A stretch of 58,147 nucleotides of DNA, filler included, from Squatina squatina (taxonomy: Eukaryota), in NCBI GenBank assembly GCA_031763465.1. It is 4 parts of 3 records of this genome, joined end to end, with 100 filler letters (N's around TTAATTAATTAA, not from the genome) between each part and the next. Parts side by side here need not be neighbours in the genome. Positions count along the whole stretch, not along the records: positions 25,476 to 39,063 come from JARFOE010000192.1; positions 39,164 to 58,147 come from JARFOE010000234.1; 2 more parts are not named here. One strand, given 5' to 3'. How positions within the stretch are numbered: position 1 is the first letter of the stretch; each line of letters begins with the position of its first letter. Below are positions 36,997 to 49,600 of this stretch, piece by piece. The notes beneath the pieces are model-generated. The model was not told where the DNA came from. It made no database searches and was given only the letters and a program-made list of their open reading frames with translations. Position numbers and translations under genes: made by a program.

Positions 36997-38354
36997 GTAG
37001 GTTAAAAGAACACATTTGTATACTAGTCCCNNNNNNNNNNNNNNNNNNNNNNNNNNNNNNNNNNNNNNNNNNNNNNNNNNNNNNNNNNNNNNNNNNNNNN
37101 NNNNNNNNNNNNNNNNNNNNNNNNNNNNNNTTGCAGTTTTCCTTTCTCTACTTCTTCTCCTTGCCCCTCTCAACCATTCAACTGTTGAACCCAGCTGAGA
37201 ATCACATCACAGGAACAGGAGTAGGTCATTTAGCTCCTCGAGCCTGTTCTGCCGTTCAATGAGATCATGGCTGATCCGTGGCCTTGCCCCATATCGCTTA
37301 ATAGCTTTGGTTAACAAAAAGATTCTCGGACATTTTTTGTACCAATCTCATGAGGTTAGTTTTAAATCTGGTCTCCAAGCATTGTCATGTCGTAGTGTCA
37401 ATCATTATCCAGTTGGCCCAATTATGTATCTTAAAATGAGCACTGGAACTGTGCAGAAAATGGCTGGTGACTTCAACATTTCTACATCTAACAGTTTATT
37501 TTATGTTCCTGCTCAAGGATTCTACCCCAATCTATTAAATCGCTTGAGGGTGAGTTCTGCATTGGTGTACTCTCTGATCCCCAGAGATGGCCAAGATAAA
37601 CCCCAGGATATTCATCCATTTATGATGCAGCTTGACGAGAACCATTGTATCTTCTGGAGTATCTGATCATGTCTTTGGCCCTGTAATGTCGCATCCCATT
37701 GTCAACCAGACATTTCTAATGTCTTGAGGCTTGTTGATTTTAAATCTGTTTCTTTTCGGCCTGCACGCCAAGGCTAAACCAAATTAATCTCCCATTTATA
37801 TCTGTGACTGAGAATTGTGGTGAATCAAATCATGTTGTTCCTCTGTGCCCATTCTTTTTTTCCAGTAGAAGTACAGCCCTGGGAGTCCAGCTTTTAGTTT
37901 TTTGTATATTTCTATTACATCCGATGAAAATTCCCAAGCCCTAATGGGAATTGTAAAAGATGTTTGAATTTCTAAAGCAAAAGATAAAAATGACAGAACA
38001 TGCAGCAGTGGGCCCTGTCCAAATGGCAATTGAGCAGCTGAAACCGGGGATGATGGTAGATGCCCAAATCTAGATTTGATGGTTCATTCTCTGAATAATA
38101 TCTAACTTTGATATTGTTCACAAACTGACAAAACTAGTAAAACTGGGCCTCTACTTGGATCATCAATTTTGCCTTTAAAGGGAATGCTTAAAAAATGAAC
38201 CTTTTGGGTTATTCAATTTGCTGCGCCATCTTTTATTTTAAGGGTTTATACCTGCGTTTTGAATGGAGCAAGCACAGTAGGTATGTACTTCCGTGTGACT
38301 CTGGATTGTCTTTGTCTTTGTTTCAATCTAATGTGATGTATTGTCTGCCTTTAG

Positions 38355-38403
38355 GTGAAGCCACAGTTCCAGGAAATACTGAGGCTATCAGAAGAAGCTG
38401 TTG
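38355..38403 (+). CDS. RELCH: RELCH exon, 49 nt
   Basis: Boundaries ctttag|GTG ... G|gtaagc. Encodes VKPQFQEILRLSEEAV. Confidence 0.85.
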
Positions 38404-38822
38404 GTAAGCCAGACTCTCCACTGTGTTAATTTTTCCAGTGCTGAACATTTATTGAAAATCTCATTTTGCAGTTCTAAAGAGAATATTAAAGCCAAAATAG
38501 CTATGGTTTGCAATTTAAAAACAAATTTGTTCTTTGTTTTTAAATGTTTTAACTGTGCATATTTCAATAGTTTTAATGTTAGTTAGAACTTTAAAGAAAA
38601 ATTGTACGCAGAATGTAATTGGCTTTCCCCCAAATTTTTAGCAAACTTAAATAAGAAACCTAGTGTGTTTGTTGTAGATGTTTCTGCTGTTGTCTAGGCA
38701 GTAGTTTTGAAATCTATGCTCTTCAGCACTTTTCAAGGGGCAACTGTGAAGTTTAAACCCTCATTAACTTCGCATTGCAAAGCAAATTAAACCTATTCAG
38801 TGAACCATATGGGACCAAGCGA

Positions 38823-38955
38823 ACGGTAGCATCGTGGTTATGTTACTAGACTAGTAATCCAGAAACGTGAGTTCAATTCCCACCACAGCAGCTGGAGAAT
38901 TTAAATTCAGTTAATTCAAATTTTTTTTTTTTTAAAAGCAAGTATCAGTAATGTT
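38823..38955 (+). mobile_element. tRNA-derived SINE head, second family
   Basis: cggtagcatcgtggttatgttactagactagtaatccagaaacgtgagttcaattccc. Inverted homolog at about 2724-2797. Confidence 0.6.
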
Positions 38956-39063
38956 TTTGATAGGGAAGTTATGCTAAACCTGTCTTGAACCTTGGTTAGA
39001 CCACACTTGGAGCACTGTGTACAGTTCTGGTCACCATATTATAAAAAGGATATAGAGGCACTG

Positions 39064-39163
39064 NNNNNNNNNNNNNNNNNNNNNNNNNNNNNNNNNNNNN
39101 NNNNNNNTTAATTAATTAANNNNNNNNNNNNNNNNNNNNNNNNNNNNNNNNNNNNNNNNNNNN
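39064..39163. other. Artificial concatenation linker
   Basis: Same structure, 12-mer at 39108-39119. Confidence 0.95.
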
Positions 39164-42100
39164 TTGCTGATTTATTATTGTGGTTCCATGAATTTTTAAT
39201 ATTTTACATACAAAAGAAATATGTGGAAAATTAATATAGTAGTCAAAATTGATAGTAATAAAGAAGTGCTCATTCTCTATTAAATACAATTTTCAATATT
39301 AGTAGAAGTATTCGGAAACTCTATTTAAGTGGAATTTATAGTGAAATACTGTACAGACTTCTGCTTTGTTTTAGTAATAAAATTTGATCCCAAAATTATA
39401 TAGCACTTGTACTTAATTTTAATGCTATATTGCACACATGAACTATTTAATCATTCATAGATCAAGTTTTATAACCTATAGTCTCTCTTTATAAGAAAGA
39501 CTAAAGAGAAAATATATAGGTTATAAAACCGGAGCTTACCTTGTAAATATTGAAACAGCCTAGTCAAGAATAAAATGCATTTCTTTAGAGGGAATTTACT
39601 TTTTACATATTAGGTCCTCCATGTTCCTCAAAATAAATTGAAATAAATGTATCTATTCTATTTCATTAAAGTCCTAAACTTAATGGGAGTTTAACCCTTT
39701 GAGCACTGAACTTTGTCTACCAGCTTTTTAAACAAATATTTCTTATTTTAAATATGTATTTTGACAACTAATAAAATAACCTATGTACCTGTTATAAAAT
39801 AAATTCTGCCTCATGCTGTCTTCATGATGTATAACTATAGCTGTTCCAGTTGTTAAGTGTAAATATTTTAAGAGNNNNNNNNNNNNNNNNNNNNNNNNNN
39901 NNNNNNNNNNNNNNNNNNNNNNNNNNNNNNNNNNNNNNNNNNNNNNNNNNNNNNNNNNNNNNNNNNNNNNNNNNGAGAAAATAAATGTATTTTTTAGCTT
40001 GATCCAAGATGGCTGTCATTACATTATATATGTATTGGTACTAAGTACATGTTGTTATTGGAGCTATTACTGATTTCAAAATTGAGTATTGTGTTTTTCT
40101 AAATAGGCTTTATTTTAGTCAGTTATTGAAATATATTAATACATTGTATACCTTATAGACATTTTACACATTACAGTATTAATGTAGCACAACGTTAATC
40201 ATATACAGTCATTCATTGGAAATGGCCAGGCCTACATAGTAGAATATTACTGTTACAATATCCAATTTACAGCCATGCCCTTTGTGTTGCATGTGAAGTT
40301 GAGCATCTTTGGTCTCCATCATACTGATGCATATCCTCGTTTATTATTATTCCATTATCATCATGTCTTCTCAGCAGGCCCCACTAATTATAATCGAAAT
40401 ATTCATGCCAGCATGGCAGTTCTGTGATATTGAGGTTTGGCCAATTATGTAGGTGTGACCCAGGACTTGAAAGTTGAAATTCAGCATCTGTTTTCAAAGG
40501 TGGTATATTATTTTGTGGGAAATATAAATTTTAGTTAATCCATACTGCAGTATTAAATAATGTACTGAAATAAAAGCCAGTGAAGATTTAAACACTCTCC
40601 GTGGTTAATATAAATTTTGTTCATTCAAGTGCAAGCTTCTTGCAGAACAACTGTATGCATTAAAATGCAAGAAGACAGCATATATTGTGCTTTCACAAAA
40701 GGTAATGATCAAGCACTGTTACGAAAAGGTGCAGTACAAAGCATGTGTGATTGCTAATTAAGTTTTTGATAAAGTACATTAAAATGTTAAAATAAAAGCA
40801 GCTATACTTTTATTTTATTCCATTTTGCCATATTTTATGAATAGTAACATGGCAAAATTTGGTGCATATTTATGCTATATTATATGAGGATGTAAAAATG
40901 AGAGCCCAAATAAAGTGGTCTGCTGGTAGAAACCAAATGTGCCATGAAATTGCATAAAATTTGTAGCATGTAGCAGCAATTGAAGTATGTGCTGCAGGAT
41001 ATTCACTCCATTTGCAAACATGTCTTTATTATAAGACTACAAAAAAGTAGTAACGTATTGTGTTAGATTGTTAAATATTTCTAATTTTGAAAAATTAGTA
41101 TTTAAGTTAGCTAACTGACGTTGCTTGGAAAAAATAAATACAGTCTGGTCCNNNNNNNNNNNNNNNNNNNNNNNNNNNNNNNNNNNNNNNNNNNNNNNNN
41201 NNNNNNNNNNNNNNNNNNNNNNNNNNNNNNNNNNNNNNNNNNNNNNNNNNNATAAATCCAGTCTGGTCCCGAAAACGATTGGAAATATGATATAGACATT
41301 GTGTTTTCATTTTGAAATTTTTATTTACTTAGTAGTCTCTTATACAAAAATCTTAGCCATTTTCTAGTGGATTGTTAATAGATTGATAATAATTCACCAA
41401 TTCTTGTTCTGGAACAAACCTGAAAGCCCATTACTTTATGTAATAGAATGGCAAGCCTACCTGGATTCAAAGCCTGTATTATATCTATATATTACTATAG
41501 TGGGGGAGGGGTCGGGTGGAATCCTTTAAATAAGAAATCTCAAATAATCCTTAAATTAACATGAAGGGTTTTTTTAATAATTGTTCACAAAATATTTAAG
41601 TATATTTTTGTAAGTTTTATAAATATTTAATGTGAAAATATGAAGAATTAGTATTTGTCGCTGTTGCTTAAATTGATGTATGTTACTGTCCTACAAATGT
41701 CACATCAGATAACCCAGAAAAATTACTGCAAACCTCCATAATTATGCATATTCATGATGCTGTTTTATAGTGCAAGTAGCACATTTGATAAGAACGAAAA
41801 ACACATATTTGGCATTGTAAAATTACTGAACAGAAAATGCAAATAGACACAGTGAATGTTTTATTTTTCTTTGATTAACATTGACGCAGATGTATTAGTC
41901 ATTTGACAATTTTGTAAATCGGCTTTGGGTGCGTCAATTCTTTTAGTTGAAGCAGATGAATTGTCATTGTCTAGAATTATCNNNNNNNNNNNNNNNNNNN
42001 NNNNNNNNNNNNNNNNNNNNNNNNNNNNNNNNNNNNNNNNNNNNNNNNNNNNNNNNNNNNNNNNNNNNNNNNNNNNNNNNNNNNNNNNNNNNNNNNNNNN

Positions 42101-45100
42101 NNNNNNNNNNNNNNNNNNNNNNNNNNNNNNNNNNNNNNNNNNNNNNNNNNNNNNNNNNNNNNNNNNNNNNNNNNNNNNNNNNNNNNNNNNNNNNNNNNNN
42201 NNNNNNNNNNNNNNNNNNNNNNNNNNNNNNNNNNNNNNNNNNNNNNNNNNNNNNNNNNNNNNNNNNNNNNNNNNNNNNNNNNNNNNNNNNNNNNNNNNNN
42301 NNNNNNNNNNNNNNNNNNNNNNNNNNNNNNNNNNNNNNNNNNNNNNNNNNNNNNNNNNNNNNNNNNNNNNNNNNNNNNNNNNNNNNNNNNNNNNNNNNNN
42401 NNNNNNNNNNNNNNNNNNNNNNNNNNNNNNNNNNNNNNNNNNNNNNNNNNNNNNNNNNNNNNNNNNNNNNNNNNNNNNNNNNNNNNNNNNNNNNNNNNNN
42501 NNNNNNNNNNNNNNNNNNNNNNNNNNNNNNNNNNNNNNNNNNNNNNNNNNNNNNNNNNNNNNNNNNNNNNNNNNNNNNNNNNNNNNNNNNNNNNNNNNNN
42601 NNNNNNNNNNNNNGATTTGTTTGTGGACAGGGCTGTTTATCAGTATATTAGGCATCATAAAAATAAATCTTGTGTTGCAGAAAAATTAATGCTGGTTAAT
42701 GCAAAAATGAAATGTGTTTTGAAAGTTTTCGTGAGTTTTGCCATTTCTACTGCAGATTTTGTTTCTGTTAATGAATCCATTGTGTAATACAGGCAATCTC
42801 ATAGCAATGATTTATTTAGCAAGAGTATTTCATTATATATGCAGAAATGCTATTTGATTGTACACATTTTTCTACCTATTGCTCAATATCAGCTATAGGT
42901 TTCATCTGACCATGCTATGCATATGCATCAGATTTTCTCAGTTGTTTGTGTGTGATTTATTGGTAAATTAACAAGGCCCCGTTAAGCACTTCAGTCTATA
43001 AAACTCAAAAGAAAATGGGTCTGTTAATGTTAATGCAAATTTGCCCCTACCCACTTCTCATAAAATTCCTTCTGACTACAAGAGACACAGATTCAGTGAT
43101 GAAAACAAACAACCAATGAAGTATGACCGTAGTGTGCAATTAAATTGTTTCATTGTTGTTTAAGCACTGGATCGCAAACAACGTGGCCCATTTTTTGTTT
43201 ATGCTATAATGCAGCTACATGACTCAAGCTGCATATATCGCCCAGTTTATCTACAGAACACATGACAATCAGACAGCATTACAGTGAGACACTTACACAA
43301 ATGAGAAACTTTTGAAAATTACAACACACATACAATACACACACTAGTTCATGGAATTATGTTGAACTAGCTGCATATTTATTGCTGCAGTATATTTACA
43401 TTACTTAAGATATAGGACGAAAAGGCAACCTGTACAATAATTTAATTGATTTATTTGATTACTTCATGATTTCATTTTGAATAGTCAGGACCACACAAAG
43501 GAATATTCAACAATTAATGTGTTAAGCATAGGCTAAAAAAAAGCCAAAGTATTTGTGTCAAAGAATGAAGCTGATATGTTCAGATGTACCCAAACGTTCC
43601 AACAAAATGCCAGATTAATTGAAAATGGCTTTGCAGTTAAAAATCTGGAGACAGTTGCTATTTTTTTTAAATGGGATTTAAATTAGGTTCAGCTTATCTA
43701 AGTGCATCAGGTTTATCACAGAACAGTTTCCGTACCAGCAGGAGTTTAAGCAAAGAAGCGTTCATTTCCTTTATGTGATCTGCATAAGATGATGTCTACT
43801 TCTGCTCTGTCACTCCTAAAATTCATAGCTTTAGAAAATCATCAATATGCCGCAGGCAGGNNNNNNNNNNNNNNNNNNNNNNNNNNNNNNNNNNNNNNNN
43901 NNNNNNNNNNNNNNNNNNNNNNNNNNNNNNNNNNNNNNNNNNNNNNNNNNNNNNNNNNNNAAGAGACCTGTGAAAGTCAATCCAGTGCCTATAGCGCAAC
44001 AGCACTCTATGTTACATTGGTCATAAGTTTGTTACTTGCTTCAAGTTTTATTGTTATAACCTTTTAAAAAGTTGAATAAATGTTATCTGCTTCCCTGAAT
44101 ATGTATTAATGCAACGTCATGGGAAAGTTAAATTCCACCAATTGTACTGTACACTAGAATAATCACGTGTGGCATTGTAAAGCTAGTTTCTTAAAATATG
44201 AATACAAGTTGGGACTAATGAATATGATTGTGGGATGAGAATGTGATTTTAAAACATAATGTCCAGTACATTGAGCCTTATCGTTTCAATAAGTATGAAT
44301 GCGGCTGCTTACCACAAGTTAATTAATAAGGATAAACTTGATGTCAGTTTTACTTAACAAGAAGTCTCTATAATTTCCTTTCATATGCTCGTTTTAAAGA
44401 ATTTACGTAAAATCGGTGCTATGCTAAAAAATATATATTGTATGTCTCACCACAAGAAAATGTATGGAATTAAGTAAGGTTGAGAATGTAGCTCTGCCCT
44501 CTGCTGTGGGTTAAGAGCAAGCCTACCATCGACGCTGCTTAGATCGACGCACCACTGCAGGATGTAGAGTTGTTTAATCTACCTTCTGCTGCAACATTTT
44601 AATGAGCTATTTTACCTCCAAAATATGACAAATGTAATAACACATATGAGCTACATAAGCTACCGTTAAAGTGTTATTTAGCTCTACAAGATCTACTAGT
44701 GAAGGCTGAATGCAACACATATAGACTGCATTATTTTTTGTTTTCAAAGAAGCAGTCCGCCCCTTTAATGTGCCTATTAAAAAGAATGTTGTGAATGTAA
44801 GCATAGTATTATAAAGGTGATAAATGCTGTTCTGTATGCTTAATAATTCTTGGCTTGAAAGATTTCACATTGATTGGAGTGCTGGCAGCTATATAAACAT
44901 ACATCATTTGAAAGCAAGCAAAAAAAAAATCCTTGAGTAGAACATGCCATCATACTGCATAATACCATGGTTACCTTTCACCGAAAATGCTTGTGTGAAG
45001 CTTAATACAAAACACAATGGCTGACTGTGTTCTTTAATGCTGTCTTTGTTTTTCTTTTTCTATCTTTATTTTAGTCACTGCTTGGGCAGTTTTCAATGGT

Positions 45101-46444
45101 GATTTAAAAAAATAAATAAAAACCTTGCCAAGAAAAAGCGAAACATTCATTTATGGTCATTAGCAGCGTCCCGGGTAGCTTAAGAAGATTTCCAGTTNNN
45201 NNNNNNNNNNNNNNNNNNNNNNNNNNNNNNNNNNNNNNNNNNNNNNNNNNNNNNNNNNNNNNNNNNNNNNNNNNNNNNNNNNNNNNNNNNNNNNNNNGAG
45301 CAGCCTTATCAGCGAGTAACGCAAACTCCACAGATAAGCCTTTAAGGGCTTGCTTCAGGGTGCCCCAGGTGTTGCTCGTCGCCGATGCCCATGTAGGAAC
45401 TGGTGTTGTGTCAGAGCCCAGGGTGCTGAGACACAGGAAGGAAGTTGCAAGTGATGCTGAGAGTCTACCGGCAGTGCATGTCTTTACTGTTACCAGAGTC
45501 ATGGGAATGGCGAAAACAGTTAAGGTTCAAGGTCATCGCTAACATTCAGCTGTCGGGAGCTGTATTGTCTGTGAGTCTTCACTTCACTGACACATTTAAG
45601 GGTACTTTATGCCAACCACAAAGCAGCAGTCGATTGATACCATTGCATTTCATGTGCATGGAAACCGGTCCATATGGAACACCGTACTGTTGGAACTGTC
45701 TAACATTTATTCATGCAAATTGTATTGAAATTATATCTTCCTTGATTTACTTAATCCATTTAGGAATTATGAAGAAGCACAAAGTGTAATTTAACTGAGA
45801 TAACAACGTGTATATGGGAAAACTAGAGTATTCGTGATATTTTGGAATGTGTCTGAAAAGTACCAGCATTAACCTATCATAACTTTAAACTGAGAAAACC
45901 CTACAGTTTGAACACACACAAAAAAGAAAGCTACGCTGAGAAAAGGAGAAGTTAAAGAAAATATATCTACTCAGAGGTTTCTAAGGGTCCTAGGGAAGTC
46001 AAATTGCTCAGAAATGATATGAGACTGTGCAATGAAAAGAGGTAAAATGTAAGCCTAGGTCAGGGTACCAACTGTGATTAGCTCCATTGTTGGAGGCCCT
46101 TTGAGCTTCATTGGTCCCAAAGAAAACACCACTAATGAATCTATCTGAGCTTGGCAGAGCTTTGTATTGAAGGCAAGTTATAGTGGCTCTTCATGGTGCT
46201 GTGGCATACCATAAGTATACAGAAAAATTCCGTACAGTCCCATTCAACCTCCACCAGTACAAGGGACTCCAAACTTTCTTTTACTCATTTCTCCCAAGAA
46301 TTCCTTTTGCCGTTTTAAAATAACGGTCACTTAAATGAACTATATTGATACTGTTGATACTGTAACAGGAGAAAAAAAGCTAAAAATAGTTATTGATAAA
46401 CAGATTACAATATAAATAACATTGTAAAGTACTGACTTCAATAA

Positions 46445-46650
46445 AAACAAAACAAAAGTCAAAATGCACTGTAGGTAAATCAGCATCTGACAGAGAATGA
46501 TGAACATTTCAGCTGGGACCCTTCATCAACAGTTCTAATGAAGAGTTTCCATCTGAAATGTTAATCCGTTTTTTTCCTTTCAGACACTCACAGATCTGCT
46601 ATACATTTCCAACATTGTTTTGCATTTCCAGTATCAGAGTTTTTTCTTTT
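46445..46650. mobile_element. Degenerate inverted pair of Penelope-like terminal repeats
   Basis: A minus-strand copy (ttgatgaagggtcccagctgaaatgttc) is directly followed by a plus-strand copy (cagttctaatgaagagtttccatctgaaatgttaa...). Confidence 0.45.
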
Positions 46651-49600
46651 TACCTCTAAGTTATTATTTTCTTAGCTCTACTTTATTATCAATATTTTTA
46701 TTGGGCAGAATATTACCGTTTGCACATGTCTGGGGATCCTAACGAATAATGTTCACACTTAATATCTTAAGTTACAAATCAGAGAACACAAAGGTTATCT
46801 TTTCAGCAGGACCCTTAAATCCCTAAACAATTTTGAAACAGCCATGGAGTGAAATATGCACTCAATGTTGTTCATTATTGTGTGGCTGAATTCAAAATTA
46901 TTAGAAGCATCACTATTGTCAGCTGTATTTATAGAAACAGTTTCTATATCTACAATCATATCACAGCATTGCATGTTCAGCTTTGTTCAAAACCAAAAGG
47001 ACATCTTTACTGTGATACAGCTTTCTTTTTGCTAAAAGCAGTAGAAAAATTCACAGCAAATTTGCACGACTATGGTATTTATTTAATTTATTATCAACAC
47101 AATAATTTAATAAAATGCCTTGAAATATTAAGTTAAAAATACATGCATGTGTGTGTATAGAGACAGTATATATATTCTAGTAGTGGAAGATGTGTTGAAG
47201 TTAAACAGTTGCATTTAAACAACACCAAATTTCACATTTATCTAAGGTAATAATCTAATAAAACTTGGAATGTGTGCCAACAACCTCAGTGTGGGTTCTG
47301 TGAATGTCTGCTGTTTAGTTTGTCTCTGACATTTAGCAAAAGAGACATTTTCTCTGAGATCTGTAAGAAAAACCTTTGGGCAGTGTTGTAGGGAGCAGAG
47401 TCTCATGCAATCAGGTCTGACATGTCACAACTTTTATCCCCTCCCTTCCCCCTTCAGAAAATAGTAAACCAGCAATTGTGATTTCTTGTCTAACTCTTCA
47501 CTCATGTCTAAACTAAAACTTTTTAATATTCCACTAAACATCTGCAAATAAAGCCACAAAAAAGAAAGGAGTACAACAAGATAAATCAACTTGAATTTGA
47601 AATCCACTGCAGCATATTAAGTGGCACAGTCTCATTGTAAGAAAGAGCAACCCCGCGGCTTCTTGCAGTTTGAAGCTAATTGTTTTCGTCAGGATGGGAA
47701 CGTCTGGAAGTCCATTGCAGTGTCCCACCAGCACAGCTTCAGTAACTGAGCTGGCCTGCAGAGAATGAACCCACTTTGTACCGACNNNNNNNNNNNNNNN
47801 NNNNNNNNNNNNNNNNNNNNNNNNNNNNNNNNNNNNNNNNNNNNNNNNNNNNNNNNNNNNNNNNNNNNNNNNNNNNNNNNNNNNNNNNNNNNNNNNNNNN
47901 NNNNNNNNNNNNNNNNNNNNNNNNNGGCTGACCTGGAAAGAAGATTCTGAGACAGGAGAATAAAAGACCAGGCCCCATGAACACAACATATTGTTTCATT
48001 TTAAAGTATGATTCCCATACAAGAGAAAATAGAAAATGTGATGTAAATTTATTTAAATAGATTCTGCTGCTCCAAAGTTTGCCAGTCACTCTTGCTTAAC
48101 TTTCCCAGCTCCCTGATTCGTTGCTTACAGTGGGAATATAATGACATATAGTCATCATTGTAACAGCTTCTTTGCAGGGGCACAATAATGATTAATAGCC
48201 AGCAGCAAATTTTCACATGGGCTCGGAGGCACTGTGGCACTAAGCATACCAAACACTCCCAAATCCCCTTTTCTGTTCCAATCAAAAGTCCTCTCCTTGT
48301 ACCTTGCAGTTATGAACAAAGCCTATCTTAATTCCAATCAGATTTCCTTAATTCAGTGTAGACCTTTTCTGATTGATTCATGTGCTCTTTTTTCCCTTTC
48401 TCTTCTCCTCTGGTTGTCCATCCAATTTTCATGCTCTGTTTTTGTCCTTTGTTAATGTTTTCTCTAACCTTTGGGTGGGAGTTGAGGGTTTTGTGGTGAG
48501 GAAGGCTTCTTTTTGTGGTAGTGCTGCAGGATGCTAGGTGGGGGAGGGCTGCAGGTGGCAGGTCACGGGTGCCTTTATTATTTGTTGTCGGGATGTTGGC
48601 AAACCTAGCTGCCCTCGGAAGGTGATGATGAGCCTTCTCCTTGTGCAGATGATGCTCCCATGATGGTGTTAGGTAGGGAATTCCCAGGATTTGACACTGA
48701 CCATGAAGTAACCAGAACAGCATATGACTTGGAGTTGATAATATTCCCATAAGCTTACTGCCCTTGTACTAGTGGTGGTAGAAGTTGTGAGGCTGGAAAG
48801 CAATAATTTGTTTTTAAAGTATTTATAATGGCTAGTGCTTTAGGCCTGTAAAACTCTAGTTCCAAGTTTAGTGCTAAGACCAAGGGAAGAGGAGGAGAGC
48901 AGGGTCTGGAGTGGGAGCTCATGTTGAGCTCCAGGTGGACGGCTGACTGCNNNNNNNNNNNNNNNNNNNNNNNNNNNNNNNNNNNNNNNNNNNNNNNNNN
49001 NNNNNNNNNNNNNNNNNNNNNNNNNNNNNNNNNNNNNNNNNNNNNNNNNNCCACATTGTTGCATGTCAGCATATTGTGGATAATTTACAGAATCCATAGT
49101 CTCAAATAATGAGCTTTTCTGGTTGCTGTGGTGATCTACAGAATGTGCGAAAACTATTTATTATGAGTTCAGGTTTTAACAATTCATCAATTATGTTTGT
49201 CATGTTTCTTTGCAAATTCATTGATTTTAAGAAAAAGATTACTAGCATATAGTAGATAATTATGATTATATTTTTAAAATAAAATAATAGTCTCCAATTG
49301 TCTTGAGTTCATGAGGAAATAGCTCCCAAGCAAACTGAGTGCTGAGACTTCAGGTCAAGGTCAGTCAGGAGCCGAGGGCACTTCAGTGAAAGTTATCATT
49401 AATGCCCTATATTATAGTATAAATTGTTAAAAGAGAAGCTTATCTGCATTTCAGTTTTACTGTGAGGTTTTAGCTGAATGAGATACAGTATTATATCATG
49501 TGCAGGGTATGCCCTTTCTCTGAAATGTGTTGTGAAATAAAACTCAGTGTCACTGCAGTTCAAATCACACAACACAATGGCACATCAGTATGAATGACAA

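Noticed and set aside
45298-45542. GC-balanced stretch open on both strands
   Set aside because: No recognisable protein similarity or convincing splice-site pair.
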